A stretch of DNA of 56,853 bases, from assembly GCA_009602725.1 (NCBI GenBank), contig WELB01000006.1, forward strand, positions 1,467,552 through 1,524,404, in the 5' to 3' direction. The position numbers and the translations under genes were made by a program. The DNA comes from Spirogloea muscicola (lineage: Eukaryota). Below the pieces are notes generated by a model. That model ran no database searches. It was given only the letters and a program-made list of their open reading frames with translations, and was not told where the DNA came from. Positions 24,028 through 37,257 of the stretch are shown piece after piece. Position 1 is the stretch's first letter. Each line of letters opens with the position of its first letter.

Positions 24028-26796
24028 ATGGATGGCCTGCCCCCCGCGAGAGGGCGCAGCGAGGGCGGCCGTGACGGCTCGGCCGCCGCCCTGCCTTGCG
24101 AGGACTCTGTGGAGGAGGTTCCGACGTCAACCATGTCGGGGACGCGAACCAGAAGGTCTTTCGAGAAGCAGGACAGCTGGCCCAGGAGCTTGCAGCACTC
24201 TATGGACGCCTTCAGCCGGTCTCCCAGCTCCAAGCGGCATGACAGTCACGTAAGGGATGTATACGCTTTCCTTTGCATACGTCCTTCCTCTGACAGATTG
24301 AGATGGTAGCCTCCAGCAGCAGCCACCATGCTTAACAAGCGGAAAGAAGCATGGATGCATGCAGAGGCCTTGATAGACCCCATGGTCACATTGCTTCTAA
24401 CTGCTTGGTAGTCATGGACAGGGCTTTGGCGGCAGAACACACCAGGCAGGCAGCCTGCCGGAGACGATCTCAAGCTTTCAGAGACCAGAAGGTGCGTGAC
24501 GAGTGTGCTGCATCTGGGAATCGCGGTGGCTTTGCTCGTGCATTTTGACTGGAAATGACGCGCCTTTGATCGGGAATACGAGGAGCGTACTATGTCAATA
24601 CCATACTAGCTGGCCGACTTTCATTGTCTGGCTGATTGCATCAGCAAGCTCATGAGGCGCGCAACTCAAATCTCTGTCCCTGTTACAGCTTGTTCACGCA
24701 GCACACCCACAATGGCAGAAGCTGCACAGCCTTTGCTGGCTACCAAAGAAGAAGATTTTAGATACTCGGACAAGAACGAGGGGAATGGATACTTGCAGTC
24801 CACAGATGATAAGCTGGAAGCTGTGCACTTGAAGCCTCCGCAAGCCAGTAGCTTCCTACAGGCAACATTTAATGGCATCAATGTCCTTGCAGGTATGTCT
24901 CCTTGCAGCAGCAAGAGTTCCAGACATTGAGAAATTGACAAGAGCGTCAGACGGTAGTCTCCAGCTTTCCTCTACCATGGCAGTTGGAGGATTACAAACA
25001 AACGTGGCGAAGATGTTGTCTGCAGGATTTAGCTGCATGCTGATATCACAGTAGTCAGCAGTACTTGTAGTTCCACATTTGTCTGATATTTACGAAAGAT
25101 ACACTGACTCGCAAGGCCGCCGGCTATGCAGGTGTTGGCATTCTGTCGACGCCTTATGCTACTGCACAATCAGGCTGGCTGGGACTCGGTGTGCTCCTCT
25201 TCTTTGCAGTAATGTACTGCACCACAGCCTTGCTTCTACGAGACTGTCTTATCAGTGATCCACGACTTCGAACATACCCAGACATCGGTGAGGCGGCATT
25301 TGGCAAAGTGGGGAGGCTCCTTACCTCCTTACCTCCTCTTCCTTTACTCTGAGTTGTACTGTGGTAAGTGGAGCCATGCTGCAGCAAAGGGCAACTTAGC
25401 TTCTATGCACGTTGTTCGATCATCAGATTCTTGTCATGAGCATTGCACAAGCTGCTTCGGCTCTGCCTGGACTGGATAAGGAGTATCTTCATTGCTTACT
25501 GCAGTTCTGTGCGTGTTTCAAGGGTGGCAGTTGCTGTGGAATACTTGATCCTTGAAGGAGACAATCTTTCCCACGTGTTCCCAGACATTAGACTCGATCT
25601 TGGATTCGTCCAACTCCCACCACACCAAAGCTTCATACTTGTCTCCGCGCTTGTCTTTTTGCCTACGGTCTGGTTACGGTTGGTTCACAGTGGCCTCGAA
25701 GCTCTGCCCATAGCCTTCAGATTAGTGGCACAATCCAGACAGAAGGTGCAACTTTCCCTTTGATGAGAAGTGCAAGTCACTGAGAACTAAGTGGATGAAC
25801 ACGATGTCCAAAGAAGGCTTCAGTACTCGATTGGCCAGCCTGTATGCGGGCCATGCGGGAGAGCTGCACTCTAACCCCGTGATCACCTGCCTCATGACAT
25901 TGGCAGGGACCTCAGCCTCCTAGCCTACATTTCTGCGGCTGGTGTTGGGGCCACATTGCTCGTGGTGTTTGCAGTGGGCTGGGTTGGTGCTGTGGATGGC
26001 GTGGATTTTCGCACAGGGGTTCCCTCTTACATTGGACTGGCATGCCCATGGCTATAGGCCTGTTTGGATTTTGTTTCTCTGGACATGCTGTCTTCCCAAG
26101 CATTTACAGCTCCATGAAGGAGCCACAGCGATTTACACAGGTGCACAGGTGGCAGGATCACCTGCTGCTTTTCTCTTGGCCTGCAAGATGCCTGATTGCT
26201 TGTCTTTTGCCACTTCCAGAAACATCGGCAGTCCAGCACTACGAATGCTGCAGCACCTCATATATCTGTTTTACCTTCAGGTGCTCCTGCTGAGCTTCTT
26301 AATTGTGACAGCCCTGTATGGCGCCAGTGCGGTCATGGGCTACATGATGTTTGGTGACAAGCTACACAGTCAGATCACCCTCGACCTTCCGATCCACCTG
26401 GCCGCTTCCAAGCTTGCAATCTGGACAACGATTGTCAGCCCCTTCGCAAAGTACGGCCTCACCTTGAGCCCCGTGGCCTTGGGCATGGAAGAGCTTCTGC
26501 CGCAGTGGCTTGAAGGCAAGCCCTTGTGGCTGTCGGTCACGCTCATGCGCACCGTGCTGGTGGCCACTACCGTTTTTTGCGCGGTCGCCTTCCCGTTCTT
26601 TGACTCGGTCATGGCTTTCATTGGCTCGCTGCTCTGCATGTGCATCTCGGTCATCTTTCCCTGCTTGTTCTACCTCATAATATATGAGGGCAGCCTGCAC
26701 ACCCAGGACACAGCCCGCTGCTATTTGTTCATTATCGTAGGTATCACATCTGCAGTAGTCGGCACAATCTCAGCCCTTCGTGGTGCCCTGGCTTGA
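24028..26796 (+). pseudogene. AVT1: AVT1-type vacuolar amino acid transporter (Aa_trans family) with a frameshift in exon 4
   Basis: N-terminal WPRSLQHSMD; SSFLQATFNGINVLAGVGILSTPYA; TYPDIGEAAFG; EYLILEGDNL; FCFSGHAVFPSIYSSMK; SQITLDLP. In-frame TGA at 25350-25352 follows a net +7 nt at 25321-25337, and homology (FLYSELYC) continues in the shifted frame. The lesion could be an assembly error. Confidence 0.8.
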
Positions 26797-27215
26797 GAGC
26801 CATCGTTGGTCACATTCTCTTGCTGCAGGTCACCTCCTCTTCTCCGTGTACATGTTCTGGTAAATACAATCCTCAGTCCTTCTGTGCACATTCAAGATAT
26901 TGTCAATTGCACATTCGGCCTCCACAACCGATTGGAGCTGGATGTCAATCAATGTTACCATGCGCATAAGACTTGGTGGCTCTTTGGTGCGCTTCCATCA
27001 CCAATTGCAGCCGCCACTTTGTGAAAATGGCGTACCACAGAGAAGTTAGCACGAGCTGCGGCAGACCGGGGACCAAAGCTACACATGCATGCGTTTGGAC
27101 CCGTGGTTCAGACTTCCCCCGGAGACTAGTTGTTCTGACTTGCGGTGGCTGCACAACAAGGGATATGTAGCACCCAGGGCTGCGTAAGTCGCCATGTGCT
27201 TTAATCCTTCCCTGC

Positions 27216-27288
27216 CCCTTCGAATTTTTTTTCTTCTTTTTTCTGGGCTGGCGTCATAGCCATCGCCCTCTACTGGAAGATGCTTTCT
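27216..27288 (+). mobile_element. Family G 3'-tip-only insertion
   Basis: GGGCTGGC..AGCCATCGCCCTCTACTGG module flanked by CCTGC at 27211-27215 and 27289-27293. Confidence 0.65.
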
Positions 27289-27549
27289 CCTGCTAGAGGC
27301 CTCTGTGATTGCTTCGCATCATAAAAGCGGAGCAGCTTGTGGTCAAATGCTGGACTCGTAGTCAGACGCGCTGGTTGGCTAGATACAAATCAAGTCCCTT
27401 TTCACCTGACTGCAGTCAATAGCTGCTCAGCCCTTCACCAAATAATGCCCAAATGCGTACCCTTGGCAACGGGCAGACAAGGCAAGACCAACGAGGTGGC
27501 AGCCTCGGATAACGGGAGCCGTCCACAGCCGCCGTGAAGCCCCGGGGGC

Positions 27550-29248
27550 ATCGCTGCCAGCGGGAGCTCGCTTTGCCCCACCAAGAACGTGGCATGGTCA
27601 CCACGCCCCCTCCCCACCAACCTCCAGCTCCCACCAGGCTGCCAGACCCCTGCCAATGGGCTGGCTGTTCTCAAAGTTCCCCTTGGCACACCATCCCACA
27701 TTGCGGAGGACTTGCGTGAACGCCTGCAGCAACACCTTGCCCCCTTTCCCTCCCTTCCCCTCCTCGGAGATCCGCAGCTGGCGCTGGCCATCCTTACTCG
27801 CTGCATCGGTCAACGAGCTGGCTACCTGCAGCGGACAGTCGCCGCAACGGACATGGTGGGCGAGCTGTACAAGGAGTTCGACACCTCCCTCCGGCAAACC
27901 CTGGCTTCCCTGATTCAACACCCATCCTTCCCCTCACCTTCATCCTCCCTGCAGGCATCCCTTCCCACACGAATGGGCGGCCTGGGCTGCCGGTCACTTG
28001 AACAGACGGCGCAGGCAGCCTTTCTCGGTTGCTGGCACCAGGTTGCCTCCCTTCTTCCCTTGCGCTTCCCTTGCCTGGCCGGCCCTGCAGCCGAGGTGGA
28101 GGAAGGCTCCTTGGCATTCCAAGTACAACTGAGGAGCATCCGGGAGTCAGCACTCGGCTCCTTCCCGTCCCTACAACCCCTCCTCACCCCCTTCTCAGCG
28201 CTTGCTCAAGCACCAGACAAAGCGGCACAGGCCAGACTCGTTGCGGCAGTTGAGGACGAGCGTCGCAAGGCGTTGAGGACGATGCCGGATATCAAGACCA
28301 ATCCAAGGAGTCTGGCACGTCTCACATCGCTCGCAACGCCTGGGGCAACGGATTGGCTCACCACACACGCAATCCACAACGCTTTCAAAATCAGCCCTGA
28401 AGCATTCCGGACGCTTCTCCAGCTGTTCCTGGGCCTGCCCCCGACCTGCCTGATTGGAGTAACTCAGTGTGAGTGTGGCTTCCGTACGGAGGGCGGAGAC
28501 CTAGCCACCCACATGCTGCGGTGTCCCACAGGCCCTGAGGTGGTGGGCGTCCACAATCTCCTACGGGACGCCCTGGCGGGCTTGATGCGCGACGCCGGCT
28601 ACCGCGCCATCGTTGAAGTGAGCAATGTAATGCCCATCACCACGGATTCCCAGGGAGGCCATCACCGTCGCACCCTGGACATTGTGGGTGTACAACCTGG
28701 CGGAGGCCCACGAGCTTTGGTTGATGTGGTGGTGACTGAGGCATACAAGAGTTCCGCTTCCACACACATTGCTGGCCACGCAGTGGGAGGTGCTGAGCAG
28801 AAAAAGCTCCGACACTACTCAGACTACCCCCGCAGTGACCACCTCCTCCCGGCCGCAATCGACACTTTCGGCTGCTTGGGTCCTCGCTTCCATACCCTAC
28901 TCGAGAACATAGCGAGTCTGGGATATGCACGACGCGAGGATATGCTCCCAGCCCAGATGGGTATGCCGGCAGCCTATCTGTCATTTCTGCGACGTCGAGT
29001 GTCAACCTGTCTGCAACGAGCTCAGGCGTATGCTCTGCATCAGAAAGCTGGTCGAGCCTTAGCTGCTGGCACAAGAGCTAGTCAATTGCCGTCCGGTATT
29101 CGAGCGTCAGCTAGCGACCTCTATGTGCTGACTCGTGGTTACTGAGCGGGTCAGCTTAGCAGCAGGTGACGTACATTTGTCCAATGTGCTTGCCTTTGTA
29201 CTTGGCCACACATGGCCTCCCCATCTCTTAATATACACGCATTTTCTT
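27550..29248 (+). mobile_element. 5'-truncated CRE-like RLE non-LTR retrotransposon (family A)
   Basis: Open 518-aa ORF followed by a roughly 100-bp 3' UTR that recurs at 1631-1683 and 15910-15973. The 5' boundary is approximate (in-frame stop at 27535). Confidence 0.88.
27589..29145 (+). CDS. C-terminal part of non-LTR ORF: late RT/thumb, zinc knuckle, restriction-like endonuclease
   Basis: K..AWSP..GLAVLKVPLG; QASLPTRMGGLG; CECG..HMLRC; HNLLRD; RTLDIV..VDVVV..K..Y; AIDTFG. This is the layout of CRE/R2-group RLE elements. The catalytic YxDD motif is absent because of truncation. Confidence 0.85.
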   Translation: MAWSPRPLPTNLQLPPGCQTPANGLAVLKVPLGTPSHIAEDLRERLQQHLAPFPSLPLLGDPQLALAILTRCIGQRAGYLQRTVAATDMVGELYKEFDTSLRQTLASLIQHPSFPSPSSSLQASLPTRMGGLGCRSLEQTAQAAFLGCWHQVASLLPLRFPCLAGPAAEVEEGSLAFQVQLRSIRESALGSFPSLQPLLTPFSALAQAPDKAAQARLVAAVEDERRKALRTMPDIKTNPRSLARLTSLATPGATDWLTTHAIHNAFKISPEAFRTLLQLFLGLPPTCLIGVTQCECGFRTEGGDLATHMLRCPTGPEVVGVHNLLRDALAGLMRDAGYRAIVEVSNVMPITTDSQGGHHRRTLDIVGVQPGGGPRALVDVVVTEAYKSSASTHIAGHAVGGAEQKKLRHYSDYPRSDHLLPAAIDTFGCLGPRFHTLLENIASLGYARREDMLPAQMGMPAAYLSFLRRRVSTCLQRAQAYALHQKAGRALAAGTRASQLPSGIRASASDLYVLTRGY

Positions 29249-29374
29249 TAGGCCAGGGCCGGCCTAAGCAGAAGTAGGGTTAGGGCGTCCGGAGACCGCC
29301 GATGTGAGGCCCCCTCGAGCCTCGCGCCGCGCGCGGCGGCGGCGGCGGCGGTGGCGGCGTCGGCGGCGGCGGCA

Positions 29375-32300
29375 ATGGGGAACCAGCTGGCGCGGACGAC
29401 GCAGGCGTCGCGGTCGGACTACTACCTGCACGAGCTGCCGTCGAGCGTGATGTACAAGGAGGTGCTGGCGAGCGCGCGCTTCCTCAAGGCCGTGCTGGCC
29501 GTGCACGACGAGGGCCTCGTCGTCGCCAAGGTCTACTTCAAGCGCTCCGGCGAGCCGCTAGACCTCAGGGTTTGCGCCCCTCCGCCCTGCCCGTTGCTCC
29601 TTCTCCAAGGGCTGCGGCGCACGCTGCATAAGAGGAATTAAAACAGCAATGGCGTCTACCCTTCCTCAACTTATCTGCCATGGCAGACGAAAGAAACGTT
29701 ATACTCAACGTACTCGCGCACTCAATCACTGCCCAAGAAAGCAAGGAGTACATCCTCGTGTATCCACTAAAACACCAAAGAAACCTGATTTTGCTCGCCG
29801 CCACCACGGCGGCCAGGTGTACGAGCGCCGCCTGGCGGAGATCCGGGACCTGCTGCTCGGCGTCCCGCAGTCCCATGTCTGGCCCTTCCAGGTGAGCCCC
29901 GCGGCGCAGCGTGCGACAGAGAGTGCTATGCTTCATCACTAAGGCTGTCAGCGCTGAGCTCCAGTTACGAGTCAGGTCTGATTAAGGTGTGGAGGCCTGG
30001 ATTTTGGGCTCGTTCGACCATCCGGCGGGGGTCAGCTACGTTTAAGACGTGCATTGACGGCTGCACGAGCAAGCCCCAGAACCCTTGCCGCGGAGTGCCT
30101 CTGATGAGGGCCTGCCTGCCGCTGCGTGCGACTTGCGGCAGTGCTGGCTGGAGACCGACAAGGCGGCCTACCTCCTCCGCCAGTACTTCCACAGCAACCT
30201 GCGGGACCGGCTCAGCACGCGGCCGTTCCTCAGCGCTGTGGAGAAGAAGTGGCTGGCATTCCAGCTGCTCATTGCCATCCAGCAATGCCATGCGCGCTCC
30301 GTGTGCCATGGTGAGTGGGTCCTTCAAATATCCATGCTGCCATTGGCCATGCATGACAGCAGCAGAGGAGGGGTCTGGGCTCATCGCCGTCTGCAAGCCA
30401 CACTCCTGCTTTCCATCTTCCTGTCTTCCTTGCCTTGCTTTGTTGGACAGTCACGGCTGGCGTCACAACAGGAGGCTGCCCGGTGCGGTTGAGGCAGATT
30501 AAGAGCAGGTAGACGATTGCATGTATTTTACTGTGCAGTGCTCTGGTGCTGAAGAACACATGAATGCTGTCAAGCTTTGCAGGGGATATTAAGTGCGAGA
30601 ACGTGGTGGTGACCTCGTGGAGCTGGGCATACTTTGCGGACTTTGCCTCCTTCAAGCCAACGTACCTGCCTCTCGACAACCCGTCTGACTACTCGTTCTT
30701 CTTTGACACGGGTGGGCGGAGGCGGTGCTATGTTGCTCCAGAGGTACTGAAACCCTGACCTTGACACCTGAAGCCTATATGCTGGAACTTGTCAGTATGT
30801 CCAGATGCAGATTATGATTATCTCTTTGTTGAAGTCATTTGATGGTGGTACTCTGACCCAGGAGCTCTCATTGGGCCTTCTGCTGGGCACCATGTCCTGC
30901 AGCGCTTCTATGACCCTGCATTGCAATCAACTCCGCCAGTGGAGGCCCCCTTGGAGCCTGCCATGGACATCTTCTCATTGGGGTGCACATGCTTCAACTC
31001 CATTCATGTCGTGTTTGACAAGCAGTAATTGTTAGCTTGGCTTTGCATCAATTGCTTGAATTCGCTTCTCGAAATTCTCTACTCTGACCTAGCACTTCAC
31101 ATCATTCAGGAAGCTGTGACACAAACTCATCAAGTCATGCAGTAGCTAGACATGTGCGACAAGCAAAAGGCATGACTTGGGGCTGGTTGACGCAGGTGCA
31201 CAATGGCGGAGCTTTTCCTGGAAGACCAGGCGCTCTTCAATCTCTCGCAGCTCCTTGCTTACCAAAGCGGCCAATACGACCCTCGGGACGATGTTGAGAA
31301 GGTGGGCTTCCAATGTAGCCCTGGTCATTGGTTGCACTCTGTGAGCAGCGCAAGCAACTTCATGACTTCTCATGACTATGAAATACATTCATGATTGAGC
31401 CTGGACTCGTCCAGTGTTGTATGGACATAACGGGGTGTAAATCCTGTGGTTCTGGAATCTGGTCTAGTGTGTGCCGTAGACGTTCAGGAAATGCTCAGCT
31501 TGCTAAGTAGAGTTTCTGCTTAATTATTCTTACATTGTTGTAATCATTGACCGAAGGTTGGTATAGTCATCTGGTAGCCTTGTCTGACCCAGCACTTCTT
31601 CAATCTGAAGCCCTCAGAGCCTGATACTCAGCTCAGCTTCACACCTGCCTGTCACAGATTGAGGACTCCAGCATTCAAAGCCTCATCGTGCACATGATTC
31701 AGCTGGACCCAGCTGATCGCCTGACTGCAGCGGCATACCTTGAGATGTGGGCTCCAAAGATCTTCCCGTCCTACTTCCCCTTCCTCCACGACTTCTTCTC
31801 CTCTCTCCCCCCCCCTCGAGGCACATGCCAGAGTACGCAGTCGAAACGCTCACTACCTCCTGTAGCCCTTGGCTTCACTCACCTTCGCAATCAACTGGAG
31901 CTCAATGTATTGGTCATAGGGTTGAGGTCAAGCGGCAGCCAGCTAAATGTCCAGGCGTTGCGGAGTTGAGCTGTTTATATCTGGATGTCAATAATCTAAA
32001 GTCACTGTTAATCTAAAGTCACTTTTTGAGTTGCACGTTAACAGATAGCAGCCACGCAGGAGGCAATCCCAAACATCTGCGCAGTGCTGAGCGGCCAGGA
32101 GCCTGCTGCTAGCCAGCACCCGGAAGTTGGCATAGATCTGAGCTCCAAGCTGCAGGAGAAGCTCTCTCCCAATGAGCCGGCCTTAAAGCCGGAAGCAGTG
32201 GAGGGCCTGGCTGGCAGCTTCCGGCACTTGCTTGCAGAAGCCCAGCACTCGCCTGTCCGTGGCCAGACTAAGTCACAACTGGTGCCAAAGCGCACGTCCA

Positions 32301-35300
32301 TTGATGCGAAGACGCCACAAGTGCGCCCCTCCAAGTGCGTTCTTTTTGAGGAGGAGGGAGAGGCGACCGAAGCAGGCACATTTGTGACAGAGGAGGTGAG
32401 TGATTCTCTGTTTTATACATCCACTGGCTTTGTGCTGCTGATCTGATCTGTCAACTTACATGAATTTATGCTTGTTGATTGATAAACCAAGGGCTATGAT
32501 GGACGCAAGATCTTCAGGGCTTTCACTCTCAGCTGAAGCAGCCAGCTTGTATGCGCCCCCTCTTGGCAGGCATTTGAGTACCAAGCTCGAGGGAGGGAGG
32601 CAATCTTTGTTGACAGCCCGGCCCCTGATGCATCCTCAAGCACGGGGGGCGTCAACTCGAAGTTGAGGAGTGATGTTCACCTGCCCCCTGACGGAATGTG
32701 GTCCTGGTCGTCACCGTGGCAACTGGCACCCCTTGACAGTACGCACCCTACAACGGGATGGTCACCAACTCACAGCTGCAAGATATTGGACGTGTTAGCA
32801 TCTAGAAGTCTAGGAGTAGCTTGCAGTATCTGGATACCATACAGTACGCATATGGATAGAAGCAACTAGGCTTCAGGCAATGATACGTGCATGTCGATAA
32901 GTCCCAGGTGCCTACAATCTGAACCTTTTCTTTAATGGACTTAGTAATCAAGCCTCATGACTTGATGGCCCTTTCAAAATTAGTCACATTCACGTGGTGA
33001 GGCGGATACAGAAGGAGGCAGCTGGTGTTACTGCACAGACTCGCACGGTGCAGGGCCGTGGATGGACGGGCACACTGCAGAGAGCAAGTGGAGGCGGCGG
33101 CGGTGCCTACGGAGGCGGAGTAGGAAGGAAGGGTCGACGGCAAGCTCTGCCGACAGCAATGCAGCTACCGGGCCTGCGATGGCCGGGACTGGGGGGGGCG
33201 ACATGGTTGTCGAGGGCATGGTCCTGATCGCAGCGCTCCTGTGCGCTTGCTTGCGCGGCGCGCGGCCTGCCTTCGCACGGCGGGCGGGCGTGGAGCTCCT
33301 CTGCGGTGCAGTGGCGGCGCGATGCCCGCCGCCAGCGCGCCTGCAGCGGGTCGTGCCGTCGCTCGTGGCTCTGCTTCCCGACCCTGCGCCTCCAGTGCGC
33401 CTGGCGGCCCTCATGGGGCTCGCCAGCGTCCTGGCTGGACTGCCGGGCCCTCTCCCCGCAGGCGATGCCCGGCTGTTTCCGGAGTACATCTTCCCGGCGC
33501 TGTCGCTGCTGCCAGTGGACCTCGAGGAGAGCCTGCGTGCAGCATGCGCCACCGCGCTCGCCAGCCTCGCGGCCTCGTCCCGCCGGCTGGCGCCGCTCGA
33601 GCCGCAGGGCGCTGCTGAGCTGGGCCAGACCCAGGAGGCTGTCGCTCGCACGGTGCAGGGACTGGCGACCGGCATCCGTGGCACGCCGGCTGTGCGCTGC
33701 GCCCTGCTGCGGCAGGTGACAGCGCTGTGCCGCTTTTTTGGACGCCGCGGGACCGCCGACTTCCTTCTGCCGCTGCTTTCGACGTTCCTCAATAACCGGG
33801 ACGCTGCGACGCGCGCGGCCTTCTTCGCATGGGCGGCCCTGCCGTTGGCGCGCACCATTGGCCCGACGGGCCTTGAGGCGTTCCTGCTGCCGCTCCTGGA
33901 ACAGTCCCTGGGCGCCGGTGAGGAGCCGGCAGTTATCGCCGCCGGCCTCGCCTGCCTGGCCTCTCTCGCTTCGGCGTCCGCTTCGTCATCCGCGATGGAC
34001 AATGAGGACGCACAAAGTCCGCGGCCCGGCGCCACCAACAAGCTCAAGCTGCCGTCGAAGCTGGCAGCTCCTCCCAAGAGTCAGCCAGGCCCGCTGCTGC
34101 GCAGGCGGGCGCTGCTGCAGGCAGTGGAGAAAGCTGCACCGCTGCTGTGCTTCCCAACCCCGTGGGTGCGGCGCGGCGCAGCGGCCCTGGCGGCAGCCGC
34201 CGCACGCGCGCTGAGCCCTGTGGACGCCCATGCGCTGCTGGCACCGCTGCTCGTGCCCTTCCTCCTCCGCCGGCCCTCCTCGCTGGCCTCCGAGGCCGCG
34301 CTCCTGGCGGCCCTGCAGGCGCCCATGGCCCGCCAGGAGTTCGACCTCGCCCTCAGCACCGCACTTCTGGGTGGTCCGGCCTCGTCGAGCTCACCGCTGC
34401 CGTCATCTGCCGTCGGTGCGCTCGCCTCAAAGAGCACCGCAGCAGGGCAGGAGGGGAGGCCGCACACTCGGGCGGCGCCCAGATTCTCATCTATGGAGAG
34501 GGAGCAAGGCCCTGGCAACTGCGAGAAGCTGCGGGCGATGGAGAGCTACATCCGAGGCTCGTCGGGCGTGATGCAGGCGCGCCTGCGAGGCTGGGAGGAG
34601 GCCGCGGCCATCACCAATGGCAGCCGGCGTGGCTCCGTGGCTGCAGCGAGGGACACGGCGGGCCATCTTGAGGCGCCTGTGTACCTCTTGCAGTCGTCCC
34701 ATCAAGGCCTCGGGCAGCTAGTGTCCTCGGCGTCAACGATGGCGGGGCCGACCGGCCGCGGCAGCGGCACGGAGTGGTCGTGGTCACTCTCCTCAGCACG
34801 GCTGGCGCCTGCTGCTGTGCACCACTCCTCGCTGTGGGCGTCGCAGCAGCTCCACCGCTCCATCGGCCTTCAGCAAGTGGCAGTGGCGCCGCTCGCTGGG
34901 GTTGGTGCCAGTGCAGCCGCACTCAAAGAGCACACAATGGCAGAGGAGGAGGCTGCTGCTTCAGACGTGAGAAATGATGAGGGCGTGCCTGCCGAAGCAA
35001 GCGGGAGCAAGGATGGCTTGAGGCCTGCAGCCGACAAGGAGGCTGCAGAGCCTGCCACGCGGCGCGCAGGAGCTGGAAACGTTCTCGAAGTCGCCGTTGC
35101 CAAGGACGCCGGCGGCGGCGCCTGGCAGCCCCGGGGCGTGCTGGTGGCACATCTGCAAGAGCACGGAGGGCCCGTTTGCCAAGTTGCCGCAGCGGACGGG
35201 TGCCCCTTCTTTGTGTCGGCCTCCATCGACGGCACGGTGCGCGTGTGGGACTGCCGCCGCCTGGAACGCGACGTCTGTTTCCGAAGCCGGCTGACGTACA

Positions 35301-37257
35301 CGGGATTTGTAGGCGAACCCGGCGTCGCCGTTGCATGCGTTGACATGCTCGGCGACCACGAAGTTGCGGCGGCGGGCGGCCAAGGGGAGGTCCACACATT
35401 CCACGTGGACTACGTTCCCCGGCAGGCCGGCAACGCCGAGAAGTATGTGGGGCTGTCAGACGTTCGCCGTGTAGCGTCGGCGGAGGATGGGGCGGTTCTG
35501 GCCCTGCAAGCAATCGCAGGGGCCTCGGCCACGTCGCTCCTGCTTTACAGCACGGCGCGGGGCGGCATGCACCTCCTGGACCTGCGCCAGCGCAGGTTAG
35601 CATGGGCCCTCCGGCAGCGGCCGGCACATGGCCTGCTGACAGCGGTCGTAGCTGACCCGGCACAGTCGGGGGCCTGGCTCGTCTCGGCGACATCGCGTGG
35701 CATCCTGGCGCTGTGGGACCTGCGCTTCCAAATTCCAGTGCATGCGTGGCGACACCCGCTGGGCCTCCCAGTGGAAGCCCTGGCGCCCCTCAAGACCGCC
35801 CACGGACGCCCACTGGTCTATGCCGCTGCAGGCTGCCACGAAGCGGCACTCTGGAGCGCTGAGGATGGCAGTTGCCAGCTGGTCAGAGCCGCCACATATG
35901 GACCACCCGGCATCCATATGACATGGAAGGATGGTGTTAGGAAGTTGGAATTCACTAGACTCATTGTTCCGTGCAGCAGTGCTTGTCAGCCTCCTCATTC
36001 TCAAGCATTTTTGCTGCAAGATAGAATTCCTAGTGCAAGATCCCTGAGGTGCCTTGATGCAATCGTTCCATTGCTACGCCCTGCAGGTGCTCAGAGTGGA
36101 GTCAGATCCAAAGGCAAACGCTCAGGTCCCGGCTGCTTTGCTGGAGCCCCAGCCCGGTGCTGCAGCCCCCACCTTGGCCAGCATCTACAGCCGGTCGTCT
36201 TCAGCGCCCTTCTTCTCTGGCCATGGCATCGAGCAGCTAAACAATCCTCCTGCCAGACAACCAGGCTTTCGTGCCATGCTTCCCATTGCAGGAGGCAACC
36301 GCGTGTTGACAGGTGGTACAGATTGCTGCATCAGATTGTGGGATGGAGCAAGGTGAGGACAAGTGTTGCAGCAGCCAATCTACCCTGCAATGAGCTGAGT
36401 AGTCACCACGACAAATGATTGCTGCGACATGCTGAGGCAACTGGCCAGAATGTGCTGAGTCTCAAGGAGGATGGGCATGCATCTTCTGCTCTCTGCGCTG
36501 TTTCCTACTCAAATTAACCCTGACACAGCCATGTTGGTCTTTGCAACCTGTGGACCATCCGACAATTGAAAATTTGAGCATCTGCTGACTGGCAGGGTGG
36601 ACAGTACTTACTGGGTATGTGGCCCCATGCGGCAGGGGCACAAGAATATGGCTCCTGGCTGCATGTTGCAGACCATCTCCGGGGTCACCGTGATGCAGGT
36701 CAGTACCAGGGTGCGGCAGACCGACGACTATCAGCAGATGGCTCAATGACGTTCCACTTTTGACTCACTGATGGGGGACAGCTGGCCCCTGTCACATCTT
36801 TGAAACCTCTGAGGCCTCACCCTCTCCTCCTTATATGCTCGGGATCGTCCTCAGAGTGCTGCTCTTCATGGATCACTTGGAGCCCTCAGATCTAGCCCCC
36901 GCCTTTAGCCCCAATTCTACACACTATAGTCCAGCTTCTCGTGTGTCATCCCTGGTAGCCTGCTTCTATCGTTTTGTCACTTGTGTGGCTCAGGCTTTGG
37001 TCCTGCTCTGTCCTCTCTACACATGAGCTTCTTAATCTCTAGTCACGCGATGCAAGATTGACTCTGAATACTCTCCACCGGAACTTGTTCAGGAACCCTT
37101 TCTGAACTCGGGCTCCGGCGTGAGCGCCCTCGCGGCTGCAGCAGTCGACAGGGCCGGATGCCACAGGGACGCCGTTTTGACATTAGCAACCGCACAGGTC
37201 AGCCAGAAGCTGCTCATCTCCGGCAGCCGAGACGGAGCCATCAAGGTCTGGAGGTGA
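29375..37257 (+). CDS. VPS15: VPS15 / phosphoinositide 3-kinase regulatory subunit 4 (kinase-like, HEAT, WD40)
   Basis: Myristoylation start [70 protein letters not shown] region [22 protein letters not shown]; end [16 protein letters not shown]. Apparent +1 frameshift in the C9 run at 31807-31815. Exon structure at 32.4-33.2 kb unresolved. Confidence 0.93.

Noticed and set aside
29630..29795. AT-richer segment in VPS15 intron 1 as an inserted element
   Set aside because: No TSD, terminal repeats or second copy in the window to support it.
31991..32025. 17-bp tandem duplication in a VPS15 intron (also a 12-bp tandem at 571-596)
   Set aside because: Ordinary local slippage with no further structure.
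33028..35793. Several long overlapping and antisense ORFs
   Set aside because: Expected in a very GC-rich VPS15 exon; no recognisable motifs.
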